Assembly (NCBI GenBank): GCA_963748445.1
Contig: CAVVIU010000004.1
Location: 46,390 to 110,389 of the forward strand
From: Methanobacteriota archaeon
GTDB taxonomy: Archaea; Halobacteriota; Bog-38; Methanoflorentales; Methanoflorentaceae
Reading direction: 5' to 3'
DNA: 64,000 bases
Position numbers and translations under genes: made by a program. The notes under the pieces were generated by a model. That model ran no database searches. It saw nothing but the letters and a program-made list of their open reading frames with translations, and was not told the origin of the DNA. Below, piece by piece: positions 41,265 to 52,184 of the stretch (positions are counted from its first letter, which is position 1; each line of letters begins with the position of its first letter).

Positions 41265-44200
41265 GACAGTTTCTCTTCACAAATACATATTGTAATAGGG
41301 TGACCTTCAATCATCCATTCCTTCGCGTATGTACAGCCTTCAACCGCCCCTTTCACCACCTCAGTGGTGAGCGTTTCAGCTTTTATATAGTAGCAAAAAT
41401 CTTCTATTGCCTTCGTAATCTCTTCCGATGTTATATATCCTATTTTAATTTTAGCGGTATAGGGAAGACTCATGTCTTTGCGCATTACCTGAATTCTTCT
41501 TACCAACTCCCTCACGATTAATTCTTTTTTTAACTCGGGAGTTATTTCGGTATCTAAAAAGACTGCGATTGAATTTGACGTTCCTTTCGCAAATCTATCT
41601 TTTGTCTTCTTAGAAATTATTATATCTTCACTAACAAGGGTGACTTTCTCCCCGTCTACTTCGATCGGCAATCCAGAGGGTATCTCGCGGGCTACCAAGT
41701 TTGAATCAAGTTCACGCAAAGCCCGTTGGATCTGCGGAACGACTTTTTTATACTTTGGCCCTACGGAAGTAAAGTTTAACGTCACCAAGTATTCGACTAG
41801 ATCCGATTCATCCGCTCTAAAAGCAATTTGCTTTATGTTCAATTCATTTTTAATAAGAGTGTTTAACTCATCACTTTGAATTTCAGGTCCAATACATATG
41901 AGTTTTTTAAGAGGTTGCCTAATCTTTATGTTAGAGGTAGCCCGTGCTGCCCTTCCAGCTTCAACTACTTCCCTCACATAGTCCATCCGAGCCTCTAACT
42001 CTGTCTCAGTGGCATCCATTGCAGTTGGGTACGGCTTTAGATGTACACTTACCGTTACAACACCGTCGTCATTTTGCAAACTTTGATAGATGTGCTCAGC
42101 GATAAACGGAGTAAAAGGAGCAACAAGTATTGCAAGCGTTAAGAGAGTCTCATAAAGAGTATCATATGCCGACTTTTTGTCCAAGTCTTGTTCTATCTTC
42201 CAGAAACGTCTTCTCGATGTTCTTACATACCAATTGCTCATATCCTCCACAAATTGTTCAATTTCAAGTGTTGCTGGATTATAATCATAGCTATCCATTA
42301 ATTCATTTACGCGTATAATAAGGCGGTTCAACTTCGAGATCAACCACCGATCAACTTCATTTCTTTGAGAGGGGCTCATTCGTTGAAGGAATGGATCATA
42401 ACGATCAATCTCAGCATAAGTCTTGTAAAACGCAAGAATGTTCCACAAAGTCATAACAAACTTTCTCTGAGACTCTATAACTGCCTCCTCATAAAATTTT
42501 TTCGGGTTTCCTGGAGGGCCGGAACTGAACAAATACCATCTTAAGCTGTCAGCTCCTTCATTGTTCAAAATAAGCCAAGGATCGACGCTATTTCCCTTGC
42601 TCTTCGACATCTTTCGTCCTTGTGCATCCACGATATGGCCCAAGCTGATCACATTCTCATAAGCATTAGTGCCGAAAACTGCCGTGCTAATGGCGTGCAG
42701 ACTGTAAAACCATCCTCGTGTCTGATCAATTCCTTCACTTATGAAATCTACCGGAATCTTAAATTCACCTCTCGCCTCGAACGGATGATGAAGCGAGGCA
42801 AAAGGAGCACAACCAGAATCATACCAACAATCAATAACTTCACTGACGCGCTGCATCGGTTGTCCGCAACGTTGGCATTTAAGTATTACTTCATCAATGT
42901 ACGGCTTGTGCACGCCTTTGAATGGGGTGTCGCCGCTCGACTTTTGCTTTAACTCCTCGATGCTACCGACTACCGTAACATGACCATTAGGGCATTTCCA
43001 TATCGGCAGCGGAGTGCCCCAATATCGCTCACGGCTAAGCGCCCAATCCCTAACATTCTCGATAAAGTTTCCAAATCTCCCGTGCTTAATTGTTTTGGGA
43101 TACCAGTTGATCTTCTCATTGTTATTCATTAGTTCATCACGAAGTGTGCTCATTTTTACAAACCAAGCCTTTCGGGCATAATACATAAGTGGTGTTTCGC
43201 ACCTCCAACAGAACGGATAGCTATGCTCATACATTTCAACCTTGAACAAAAGACCTACATCCTCAAGGAAAGCAACAATTACAGGATTTGCTTCAGTGAA
43301 GAACATGCCTCCAACTAACTTGATTTCTGAGTTAAATCGGCCGTCTGGATTAACAAGCTGGATCATCGGAAGTCCATACACTTTAGCAACGTTAAAGTCA
43401 TCTTCTCCAAACGCTGGAGCAACGTGAACTATTCCAGTGCCCTCTATAGTTGTAACAAAAGATGCAGTCACAACGGCACTTTGAGCTGAGCTAAACAGTG
43501 AACGATATTTTTTGCCTTCAAGAGTGCTGCCTTTAAATTCGTCTATTATTCTATACTCAGAGATTGTCCGCGTAACAGTATCAAGCAAATCTTTAGCAAA
43601 TATCAGTCGCTCATCATTAATTTCAACGACGACATACGATATATTGGGATTTACTGCTAAAGCGACGTTAGATAAGAGCGTCCAAGGCGTTGTTGTCCAC
43701 GCTAAAAAATACGTTTTCTCTTCATCGATCAAAGGAAATTTTACGTAGATTGACTCTTCTTTTATCGTTTGATATCCTTGCGCCACTTCGTGTGAGCTTA
43801 AAGCTGTACCACACCTTGGACAATAGGGCACTACATAATAGCTTTCATATAATAGCCCCTTTTCCCAGAGTAGCTTTAAGGACCACCACACCGATTCTAT
43901 GTATTTCGGGTCCATTGTAGTATAGGGGTTATCAAGGTCAATGAAGAAGCCAATCCGCCTCGTCATATCAGACCATTCATCTATGTGGCTGAACACCGAA
44001 CATCTGCAGGTTTCATTAAAGCTTTCGACTCCATATTCTTCGATTTTTTGTTTGCTCTCAAGGCTAAGCTCCTTTTCAACTGAAATTTCAACAGGAAGAC
44101 CATGGCAGTCCCAACCACCAGTTCGCGGTACAAAATATCCTTTCATACTCTTATATCGACAAAAGAGATCTTTCACGATCCGAGCATAAACGTGGTGGAC

Positions 44201-44401
44201 TCCCGGTGAGCCATTCGCCGTTGGCGGCCCTTCAACGAATCTAAACAGCTGCGCATTTTCATTGGCACTTAGACATTTACTAATTATATCATTATCCTCC
44301 CAAAATCTTAAGATCGCTTTTTCGGCTGAAATCAGATCTTGTCCAATGCTCAACTCTTTTGTCTGTTGTGCTCCGCTTGTCCGCTTCATCATACGCCCCA
44401 T
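41261..44401 (-). CDS. ileS: isoleucyl-tRNA synthetase
   Basis: 1046 aa with PPTANGSPGVHH (HIGH), the editing domain, KMSKSKGN (KMSKS) and Cys clusters. The frame is intact. Confidence 0.97.
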   Translation of the reverse strand: MGRMMKRTSGAQQTKELSIGQDLISAEKAILRFWEDNDIISKCLSANENAQLFRFVEGPPTANGSPGVHHVYARIVKDLFCRYKSMKGYFVPRTGGWDCHGLPVEISVEKELSLESKQKIEEYGVESFNETCRCSVFSHIDEWSDMTRRIGFFIDLDNPYTTMDPKYIESVWWSLKLLWEKGLLYESYYVVPYCPRCGTALSSHEVAQGYQTIKEESIYVKFPLIDEEKTYFLAWTTTPWTLLSNVALAVNPNISYVVVEINDERLIFAKDLLDTVTRTISEYRIIDEFKGSTLEGKKYRSLFSSAQSAVVTASFVTTIEGTGIVHVAPAFGEDDFNVAKVYGLPMIQLVNPDGRFNSEIKLVGGMFFTEANPVIVAFLEDVGLLFKVEMYEHSYPFCWRCETPLMYYARKAWFVKMSTLRDELMNNNEKINWYPKTIKHGRFGNFIENVRDWALSRERYWGTPLPIWKCPNGHVTVVGSIEELKQKSSGDTPFKGVHKPYIDEVILKCQRCGQPMQRVSEVIDCWYDSGCAPFASLHHPFEARGEFKIPVDFISEGIDQTRGWFYSLHAISTAVFGTNAYENVISLGHIVDAQGRKMSKSKGNSVDPWLILNNEGADSLRWYLFSSGPPGNPKKFYEEAVIESQRKFVMTLWNILAFYKTYAEIDRYDPFLQRMSPSQRNEVDRWLISKLNRLIIRVNELMDSYDYNPATLEIEQFVEDMSNWYVRTSRRRFWKIEQDLDKKSAYDTLYETLLTLAILVAPFTPFIAEHIYQSLQNDDGVVTVSVHLKPYPTAMDATETELEARMDYVREVVEAGRAARATSNIKIRQPLKKLICIGPEIQSDELNTLIKNELNIKQIAFRADESDLVEYLVTLNFTSVGPKYKKVVPQIQRALRELDSNLVAREIPSGLPIEVDGEKVTLVSEDIIISKKTKDRFAKGTSNSIAVFLDTEITPELKKELIVRELVRRIQVMRKDMSLPYTAKIKIGYITSEEITKAIEDFCYYIKAETLTTEVVKGAVEGCTYAKEWMIEGHPITICICEEKLS

Positions 44402-44594
44402 CTTAGTTACTATTTATCTGTTTAAAAATATGAACATTCTTGTACTTCTCACTCCTCAAGTTGTGCTGAAAAATGACACTTCACACTCACCGTTAATTTA
44501 TGAAACAAAGCACATAATACCGGAAACAGTTGCTACTTTCTTACGAATGAGGAGGAGTCCGTTCGCTTGTTTCTGCTTTTAACACGAGTTATGT

Positions 44595-45050
44595 TTACTT
44601 GGCTGCCTTTCGCTTAGAAATTGAGAATATCTTAACGTGCTGTACGCCATGCTGAACCGTCATGTTGTCCATAAACTCCTTTATTTCCGAAGCGTCCCCT
44701 CGTACAACAGTAACTTCAAGACAGTTATGTGGGTCGATATGAATGTGAATCGTTGAATTTATTATGTGAGAATACCTGTGCTGTATGTCTGTTAGTGTAC
44801 TCACAAGCCCCTTTTGATCGTGATCGTAGATCATAGTTATCACCGCTATCTGATCACCGATTTCTTGACTTAACAACTGATAATCAATCAAGTAATTCCT
44901 TATCGCATCTCTTATCCCCTCAGACCTTGAGGAATAGCCCCTTTTACTTATCACCTCATCGAAGGCATTAAGCAGATTTGCGGGTAAAGAGATTCCGATC
45001 CTCGTAAGTTCATCTTCCAATTCAACACCCCTTCTTAAACTAATTCCCAA
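44595..45050 (-). CDS. nikR: nickel-responsive regulator NikR (ribbon-helix-helix + ACT-like metal domain)
   Basis: RIGISLPANLLNAFDEVISKRGYSSRSEGIRDAIRNYL and the metal site HIHIDPHNCLEV. The start codon (TTG at 45050 or a downstream TTG) is uncertain. Confidence 0.85.
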   Translation of the reverse strand: MGISLRRGVELEDELTRIGISLPANLLNAFDEVISKRGYSSRSEGIRDAIRNYLIDYQLLSQEIGDQIAVITMIYDHDQKGLVSTLTDIQHRYSHIINSTIHIHIDPHNCLEVTVVRGDASEIKEFMDNMTVQHGVQHVKIFSISKRKAAK

Positions 45051-45658
45051 AAATATCGTGTTTCATTTCAACCATTATTAAGTCGGCGGCTAAAAAATGT
45101 CTCATTAAAAACTTTATTATTAATTATATAAGCTTCGCATATAATTAAATTTACTTGAATTTGTGGGTTCTTGCCAGCAGCTCTTGTCAGCCAAGAATCT
45201 TCTTGCTGTAGGCAAAAATAGCTAAGTAATATAGGGTAGATGAAGTATATAGCAGAAACTGTCAGCGCCGCTCCAAATTAAATGGGAAAAACTTCAACTA
45301 AAGAACAATCAAAAGATAGTGCTTATATTTGATTATCTTCGGTCAGCAGTAGAAAATCGCTAATAGTAGTCGTATTGTCGATTCAAGGTGAAATAACGTG
45401 TTATGACTTAATCTTGGGTCGATCGACGGTTCAAATATGAAAGTATAGATATACTACACGAGAATTACTTTGCGTTGTAATGTAACACCTGTTGCCAATA
45501 TGGCGTGCTTATAACTTCTAGCGTAAAGATTTAGAACAAAGTATAAGTCAACAAACGCACAATGAATATGTAGGTATTGCGTAGTCAAGTCGGTAAATGA
45601 AATATCAGACGGAATTTTTCGGGAAGGGGGGTTTACAGTCAACATTTCAACAGAAGAC

Positions 45659-46400
45659 ATGAAGAGTTCAGAAGACTCATTTGAAGCAAGAAAAATAGTA
45701 ATGCACGTAATTAATTCGTTGAGTCCATTGAACAAGTTAAAAGGAGTCAGTATTGATGAGCTTGTAAATTATGGAGAGGCCCTCGGACTGGATGCAGAAG
45801 TTATAATAGGCGTAGTTCAACAGCTTACAAAGGAAGAGCTGATTATAGAGACGTCAAAAAATCGATTTTTAAATAAATATCCGCCCCTTAGCGTCGAGAA
45901 AGGAGAGAGGACTACACTACTGACAAACAATTATGAAACTCTTGAACTTTCAGGTCAAGCTCCACACTTTAAAAATCAGGAGGAGCTCGAAAAAATGTCC
46001 GAACTCCTTGAGCAAAGTAACTTAGTGATCACCCCAACACAGCTTTCGCAGATCAAAGAAGAGTATAACGATATTTTACAGTCAGGTGATCCTAACGTGT
46101 TCTTTAAAGGGTTACCCAAGCGACGCGGAAATTGGGAAACGCGTCGGAATAGATAAGCGAAAGGTTCAGGGTGCTAGAGCTCTTTTAGGATTACTAAATG
46201 ACAGAGACCTTAAGATCAAGTTTGATCGCGACAAGTTTCTCAACTGGCTTACAGCTCCTAAAGACAATAGGATGGGCTCAAAAGAATTTGCTGAAGAACT
46301 AGATGTCAGTTATTCCACTTTTAAGAGAAAAAAAGCCTTATGGGGAGCGTATCTTAAGATACAATCATTTAAACATAAGAGAGAGAACGGGAAAAGATAG
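45659..46400 (+). pseudogene. hypothetical DNA-binding protein (wHTH-like N-terminus, HTH near the C-terminus); two ORFs 1 nt out of register
   Basis: ORF 45659..46156 and ORF 46086..46400 overlap in frames that differ by +1. The second carries YPSDAEIGKRVGIDKRKVQGARALLGL (HTH-like). The combined length is 3n+1. I recognise no family. Confidence 0.5.
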
Positions 46401-46418
46401 CACTGATAGAAGCCTCAA

Positions 46419-46958
46419 ATGAAATTTGTAGCCGACAGGATGCTCGGGCGCCTTGCTGCCTGGCTTAGAATACTTGGATTTGACACTGTAAGCGCGAACT
46501 CTTTTAACGGTTTTACGAATTCCGAAGAAGATACGTGCATGCTTAAAATAGCTGAAACGGATGATCGCATTTTGATAACGAGAGATGCAGAGCTATACGT
46601 AAGAGCCCAAAATAGAGGATTAAAATCTCTTATGGTGATACAAGGGAATGTGATTGATCAATTAAAACAGGTAAGAGATACATTTGGAATTAAAATTGAT
46701 GCCCAAACGGCTGTTTTGAGGTGCAGTGAATGCAATGAAGAGCTCCAAGTAGCAAACGTAGACGAGGTGAGACGATCAAAAGAGATGCAAAAGCTCAAAG
46801 AGAGGGGAGTAAGGATAGAAGAGTTTCTTAAAAGATATGATGAATACTATAAATGCAATGATTGCAGCAAAATATACTGGAAAGGGGGTCATTGGGAGAA
46901 TATTCTACGAGGCATCGAGCAGCTTACAGAAACGTCAAAAAATAGAGAACACTCCTAA
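46419..46958 (+). CDS. Mut7-C / PIN-like RNase domain protein (DUF82) with C-terminal zinc ribbon
   Basis: FVADRMLGRLAAWLRILGFDT, ILITRDAEL, CSECN...CNDCSKIYWKGGHW. Confidence 0.75.
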   Translation: MKFVADRMLGRLAAWLRILGFDTVSANSFNGFTNSEEDTCMLKIAETDDRILITRDAELYVRAQNRGLKSLMVIQGNVIDQLKQVRDTFGIKIDAQTAVLRCSECNEELQVANVDEVRRSKEMQKLKERGVRIEEFLKRYDEYYKCNDCSKIYWKGGHWENILRGIEQLTETSKNREHS

Positions 46959-47079
46959 AGTTCGATTTGGTCCTAAGTAGCGATATATATCTCTTGACAA
47001 TCGAACATCTGACATAAATACCAGATTATGCCTGTTTTTTTGTAAGCGAACGCTGCAGTGGCAATTCTTTTTACACAAT

Positions 47080-47827
47080 TTAGATAGAAGTTAATAACTT
47101 TTTACTGCTTATGACATCTTGATAGTTGTTCACTTCGATAACGGCTCTTTTTATCTCTTTTAACAAACTGACTTTTATGGTGCCTTCACCCAGTCTTAGG
47201 TGTTGGTCGTGCTCACCGTCATTATCGCTTACATGATGATACGCCACTTTGTAGTTAACGGCTAAAAATTCACTTAGGGCGCTAGTGGTGTTAGCGTGAC
47301 CGATATCTACCGTCGCGAAACTTCCGCATGACTCCACGAAGAGTCTGATGTTCCTCAACATCTTTGCAAAAATAAATTCTTCTATTTGGCATGTTTTCAA
47401 TGGATGGCACGATCCCAACGTCAGATGTATAATCAACCCATTTGCTCAACACATCTAATGCGTAATTGCGTGAAGTACTTATCACCCAGTCGACTGCCTT
47501 TAGAACCTGACCCGGATGTGTAGTTACTACAGTCGCGTCTACAGCCGAAGCAAAATCCGTGGTCTCTTCAAGTTGTTTTAATGTTTCGTCCCTGATACCG
47601 ATATTGAGGCTCGCAGGGTTTAAATCAATAGTCGGAGAATGAATCGTGAACTCCAAGTCATATGAGTGAGCAGCATTAAATATTTCTAAGTCTTTTAAAG
47701 CAAATCTGGGCAAATTTGGTCCTTCACATAGAATTTCTACTATGTTAAAACCTTCAGCTATCGCTATATTAAGCTGCTCATCAAACGACTTGTTAAAAAG
47801 CGCCAAAGTAGTAAAACCTATTTTCAT
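47080..47827 (-). pseudogene. sugar phosphate isomerase/epimerase (xylose-isomerase-like TIM barrel), with the frame broken by one extra base at 47383
   Basis: MKIGFTTLALF...IVEILCEG...HSP...VVTTHPG...SIENMPN is followed in the next frame by EEFIFAKMLRNIRLFVESCGSFATVDIGHANTT...HVSDNDGEHDQHLRLGEG. Confidence 0.75.
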
Positions 47828-47998
47828 GGATCATCCATGTTGAATATTACACATGTTTCTATTTATTCATTTTAGCAATGCTACATTGAGGTGAAGAGGA
47901 GGTAAACAAGCTAAAAACATCTTAAAAAGAGTTAAAAAGCAAAAATAAGCAACGAAGGAGTATCGAATATTATAATACGACTGACTGTGATAACCGCT

Positions 47999-48994
47999 TT
48001 ATCTAGCTGGATAATAGTCTTCTATCCGTACAATGTCATCGATATGCGGAGTTGAGATGCTATGCATCAGAGAATTTTCCGTCGCAACGATTTTATGAGG
48101 AGTTTTTGGTTTGATATGCACAGTATCATTTCTTCCGAAATACTCTTTTTTATCTGCAAACTGTATGTAGCAAGAGCCTTCAAGCATGTAAAGTGATTCC
48201 TCCCTGTCGTTGTGATAGTGATAGGAAGTTGTGTAACTTTCTTTTATATAAATCTCCTTAGTAAGATAATTCTCCGTCACAATCAATACTTTTTCATAGC
48301 CCCAAGGCTTATCCGACCTATTTGCATACTCTTTTTTTATTTCCTCCAAGTCCTTAGTGGTATCAATAGACATCCAAAAAGCATCCTCCTTATAATAACC
48401 AAGCTGATTAGAATCAGCGAGTATCGGAAAAACAGTCTTCTCTATCTCTCCTTTCTCAAAATCACCAAGTGGTATCTCACTGTCAAGAATGTAAATACCG
48501 CCATTTATGTAGTAATCCAAAAATGGTTTTTCTTTGAACGACTTGATATGGTCCTCGCCGAGCTCCACAATTCCATAAGGACTTCTCATTTTTGTGACAA
48601 ACATGACAGTGGGATAATCGCTTGAATCAAACTTATGGATCATCTTCTTTAGATTAAGATCAGAAACAACATCCCCATTTCTTACTATTATTGTTTCGCG
48701 CTCTTTAATTGAGTCCATTGCCAGCTTTATGGCATTTAACGTACCAAGCGGCTTTTCTTCAACCGAATATCTAACTTTCACGCCCCGGTAGTTGTCCCGG
48801 TACCTTTCCTCTATTTTTTCGCTCAAATAGCCGGTAAGTAATACTACTTTGTCAATGCCAGCATTTGCCATGTCATAGAGCTGCTTATCCAAAATTGTAT
48901 AGTTGTCCTGGATTTCTATAAGAGGCTTAGGTACATCTTCAGTGTAAGGCTTAAGCCGTTTCCCGTAGCCACCACATAAAATCATGCCGATCAT
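47999..48994 (-). CDS. sugar-1-phosphate nucleotidyltransferase fused to a cupin (mannose-1-P guanylyltransferase / mannose-6-P isomerase-like)
   Basis: N-terminal [22 protein letters not shown] and a C-terminal cupin KPWGYEKVL...[16 protein letters not shown]...HKI. Confidence 0.8.
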   Translation of the reverse strand: MIGMILCGGYGKRLKPYTEDVPKPLIEIQDNYTILDKQLYDMANAGIDKVVLLTGYLSEKIEERYRDNYRGVKVRYSVEEKPLGTLNAIKLAMDSIKERETIIVRNGDVVSDLNLKKMIHKFDSSDYPTVMFVTKMRSPYGIVELGEDHIKSFKEKPFLDYYINGGIYILDSEIPLGDFEKGEIEKTVFPILADSNQLGYYKEDAFWMSIDTTKDLEEIKKEYANRSDKPWGYEKVLIVTENYLTKEIYIKESYTTSYHYHNDREESLYMLEGSCYIQFADKKEYFGRNDTVHIKPKTPHKIVATENSLMHSISTPHIDDIVRIEDYYPAR

Positions 48995-49381
48995 AACTCA
49001 TCACCATATAATAGAGCAACATAATTTTTAACTTTTGCTCAAGATATACAGCACTATAAAATAATATAGAAGCTTCAGTACATTGAAAAATAGACGATAT
49101 ATATTACCCTTTTCAGCTTTCAACAAACCTTGCGCAACCTTTGACGAGATTTGTCTCAATCTTCCAACTTACTAATGATCTACAGAGACAAATCACTATA
49201 ACATAGTGTTAACAGTGATTTCAAAGAAGTATTACGATTGAACAGTGTAACAGATGTTGCTGTTTTCAAAAACAGCCAACTCAAACGTATTGTGAAAGGA
49301 ATACAGCTAGGTCTAAGTACTGCGATACGTGGTTAAGATATTAAATTAATAACTTACGTCTCCCATTGGTGTAACAATAGC

Positions 49382-50518
49382 GTGAAAACAAAAGTAAACG
49401 AAAAGACTCGCAAAGAGCTTCTTTTAAATTCATTTAAAATAGGAAAAATCGGCAATAATTTGTTTGGAGCTACGCCACCATCCGCATTTGTTGGGAGAGT
49501 AGGGTATCCTAATATATTCGCAGGACCACTTGTCTCCCCGTTCATTGATGAACCAAAAATGTTTGCTGCGCCTGAATCGTGGCTTACACTAAAACGGGAA
49601 GATATCGTGGAAATTAGATCAAACCTCGTGCGTTCAAACTTCAAATTGAACGTTACTGATGCTAGAGATCCTACTAGGTTGCTACTCGAAACCCAAGAAC
49701 TCGCTATGTCCGAGCTCCCCATTGACGTTGAAGTGAAGTTCATAAAACTTCCCAAAACTGAACTTAATTTTGATAAAATCGTTGCTCCAATGGGCCCCTC
49801 GGGAATAGTAAGCGATATAGAAATATTAGAGAGTCCAAAAGTACCAAAAAAAATTAACCGTCTAGTTTATGATGTTGATATCAAAGCCTCAGAAGCAGCT
49901 ATTGAGTTGTATTGGCAAGGAGTTTCGCCATATCAAATTAGCAGGCTCTTGTCTGTGGGACTCTTAGGGAGAAAGAGACTACTTGTCCCAACTCGTTGGT
50001 CCATTACTGCTGTGGACACAATGATCGGAGACGCGATGTTAAAACGAATAAAAACTTACCCGGAGATAGATGAGATCAACTTGTTTACGTCTGACGGGTT
50101 TGGAAATCATTTTGAGATAATACTTCTACCCTCAAGCTACTCTTTTGGGTGGACTGAACTTTGGATCACTGACAGCGGAAAAGTAGAAATTGGAGACTTG
50201 TACGAAAACTATAATGGTAAAAGCTCGTATATGGATGGAGGTTACTATGCTGCGCGCTTTTCGACACTTGAATATCTAAATAGTATTAAGAAACAAGCCT
50301 CAATTTACATTGTAAGAGAAGTCCAGCCAACGTACGACATACCACTTGGAAGCTGGGTTATTAGAGAACTTGTGCGAGATGCGCTGACGCGCGAGCCCTT
50401 AAAATTTGAGAATTTTGCAGAGGCTTTAAAAAGCACTGCAACCCGGGTTAATATGGCTCAGCTCAACACAATATTTATAGCCAAACACTTGCTTCAAAGA
50501 ACCATTTATGATTTTTGA
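49382..50518 (+). CDS. Nre-family DNA repair protein (DUF650/DUF651)
   Basis: LFGATPPSAFVGRVGYPNIFAGPLVSP and RLLVPTRWSITAVD. It uses a GTG start, and the N-terminus may be incomplete. Confidence 0.75.
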   Translation: MKTKVNEKTRKELLLNSFKIGKIGNNLFGATPPSAFVGRVGYPNIFAGPLVSPFIDEPKMFAAPESWLTLKREDIVEIRSNLVRSNFKLNVTDARDPTRLLLETQELAMSELPIDVEVKFIKLPKTELNFDKIVAPMGPSGIVSDIEILESPKVPKKINRLVYDVDIKASEAAIELYWQGVSPYQISRLLSVGLLGRKRLLVPTRWSITAVDTMIGDAMLKRIKTYPEIDEINLFTSDGFGNHFEIILLPSSYSFGWTELWITDSGKVEIGDLYENYNGKSSYMDGGYYAARFSTLEYLNSIKKQASIYIVREVQPTYDIPLGSWVIRELVRDALTREPLKFENFAEALKSTATRVNMAQLNTIFIAKHLLQRTIYDF

Positions 50519-50976
50519 TGCTAACTATTTAGAGCGCTGTTTACTTTTCGTTGGCATAAACCCATTTCTTTAATTGTGGTGCAATGATCGCTTACAAACT
50601 TGTCTAATTTGTACTGTTCTAAAAAAAGACAATCGCTGAACTTAGTCATTTTAATGTTACTTGAGAATTTAGTTTAACGCTATTATAATACTTTTAATTC
50701 CGAGTCTAATTGTTCAGCATCTAGGCTTGTGTACGTTGAAGCAGCTGATTATCGATAAAAAATTGAGACAAGTAGATACGTAGAAACTGTGTCAAGTCAA
50801 AAAAAGAAAGCTTGACTTTTTTTAGAAAGGAACTCTGAATTGCTGTATGTGGTGACGCACCTGTTAATAAATTACGTTCAAATTCGAATTATTTAAAGTT
50901 AATAGATCATACACTAGTTTGTTGGGAAAGCTTTATGAAAAGAGAGAATTAGATTATTCGTACTTTAAGAGGAGGG

Positions 50977-52083
50977 TTGTTTGTGGTTGTCAAAGTAGCG
51001 GTAAATGGTTATGGTAATATAGGAAAGCGAGTGGCTGATGCAATATCCAAACAAGATGATATGAAATTAGTTGGCGTTTCAAAGACGCGGCCAAACTTTG
51101 AAGCGTTTGTAGCGGTCGAGAAAGGCTACCCCCTGTATGCTTCAGAAGCCGATAAAATTGAAGGGTTTAAAGCAGCAGGATTGGATGTCGCAGGAACGAC
51201 GATGGATATGCTAAAAGAAGCAGATATCGTCGTCGACGCTACGCCCGAAGGTATGGGGGCAAAAAATCTTGAGAATATTTATAAAAAGGTTGGAATAAAA
51301 GCTATATTTGAAGGCGGCGAGAAACACAACGCCGTAGGATCTTCATTTAACGCCTATTGCAATTACGAGGAGGCTGTGGGCAAGGACTATGTGCGGGTGG
51401 TTTCTTGCAACACTACTGGACTTTGTAGATCTCTATATGCAGTTAGCAAGGTAGCTGGCATTAAAAAGGTGCGAGCAGTTTTGGTGCGAAGAGGGGCAGA
51501 TCCACTGCAGATTAAAAAAGGCCCAATTAACGCGATCGTGCCAAATCCACCGACAGTTCCCTCCCACCACGGCCCTGATGTAAATACTGTCGTGCCAGAG
51601 TGGAAAATCGCCACAATCGCCGTCTTGGCATCCACGACATTGATGCACCAACATAACGTCATGATTGAAGTTGAGCGCGACGTAACGCGGGAAGACTTGC
51701 TAAAGGAATTTTATAGCTTAAGACGAATTATGCTTGTTCGGGCAAGTGATGGCTTGGGTTCAACGGCAGAGCTCATCGAACTCGGGAGAGATCTTGGAAG
51801 ACCGAGATATGATTTATGGGAGATTCCAATTTGGGAGGAAAGCGTCAACGTTGTTGATAATGAAGTGTTTTTCATGCAGGCAGTGCACCAAGAGTCAGAT
51901 ATAATACTTGATAACATTGACTGCATAAGAGCAATAATGGGAATAGAGAAGGATGCGTGGAAGTCGATAAAAAAGACAGACTATTCTATGGGGGTTAGAG
52001 GTTCATTTCGTCCGCCGCAATGTTTAGAAGATAGCCCTGAAGAATTGAGAGAAATACACAGGAGAGTTTGGGGGATAGAATAG
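50977..52083 (+). CDS. gap: archaeal-type glyceraldehyde-3-phosphate dehydrogenase
   Basis: VAVNGYGNIGKRVADAI, RVVSCNTTGLCR, NPPTVPSHHGPDV, MHQHNVM. GGAGG lies upstream, and the start is TTG 50977 or GTG 50983. The C-terminus is about 25 aa longer than I expect for the family. Confidence 0.93.
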   Translation: MFVVVKVAVNGYGNIGKRVADAISKQDDMKLVGVSKTRPNFEAFVAVEKGYPLYASEADKIEGFKAAGLDVAGTTMDMLKEADIVVDATPEGMGAKNLENIYKKVGIKAIFEGGEKHNAVGSSFNAYCNYEEAVGKDYVRVVSCNTTGLCRSLYAVSKVAGIKKVRAVLVRRGADPLQIKKGPINAIVPNPPTVPSHHGPDVNTVVPEWKIATIAVLASTTLMHQHNVMIEVERDVTREDLLKEFYSLRRIMLVRASDGLGSTAELIELGRDLGRPRYDLWEIPIWEESVNVVDNEVFFMQAVHQESDIILDNIDCIRAIMGIEKDAWKSIKKTDYSMGVRGSFRPPQCLEDSPEELREIHRRVWGIE

Positions 52084-52184
52084 GCGCAGTAGAGAAACTG
52101 ATACAAGAGCGCATACCAAGGCTCGTTAAAGCTACATCACCCGTTGATTTATAGTAGCTGGCCTGACGAATAAAGAGGAACACT

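Noticed and set aside
44402-45658. NikR-controlled nickel uptake locus
   Set aside because: nikR is flanked by ileS and a hypothetical HTH gene. No transporter or Ni-enzyme gene is adjacent, and I could not identify a convincing dyad operator in 45051-45658.
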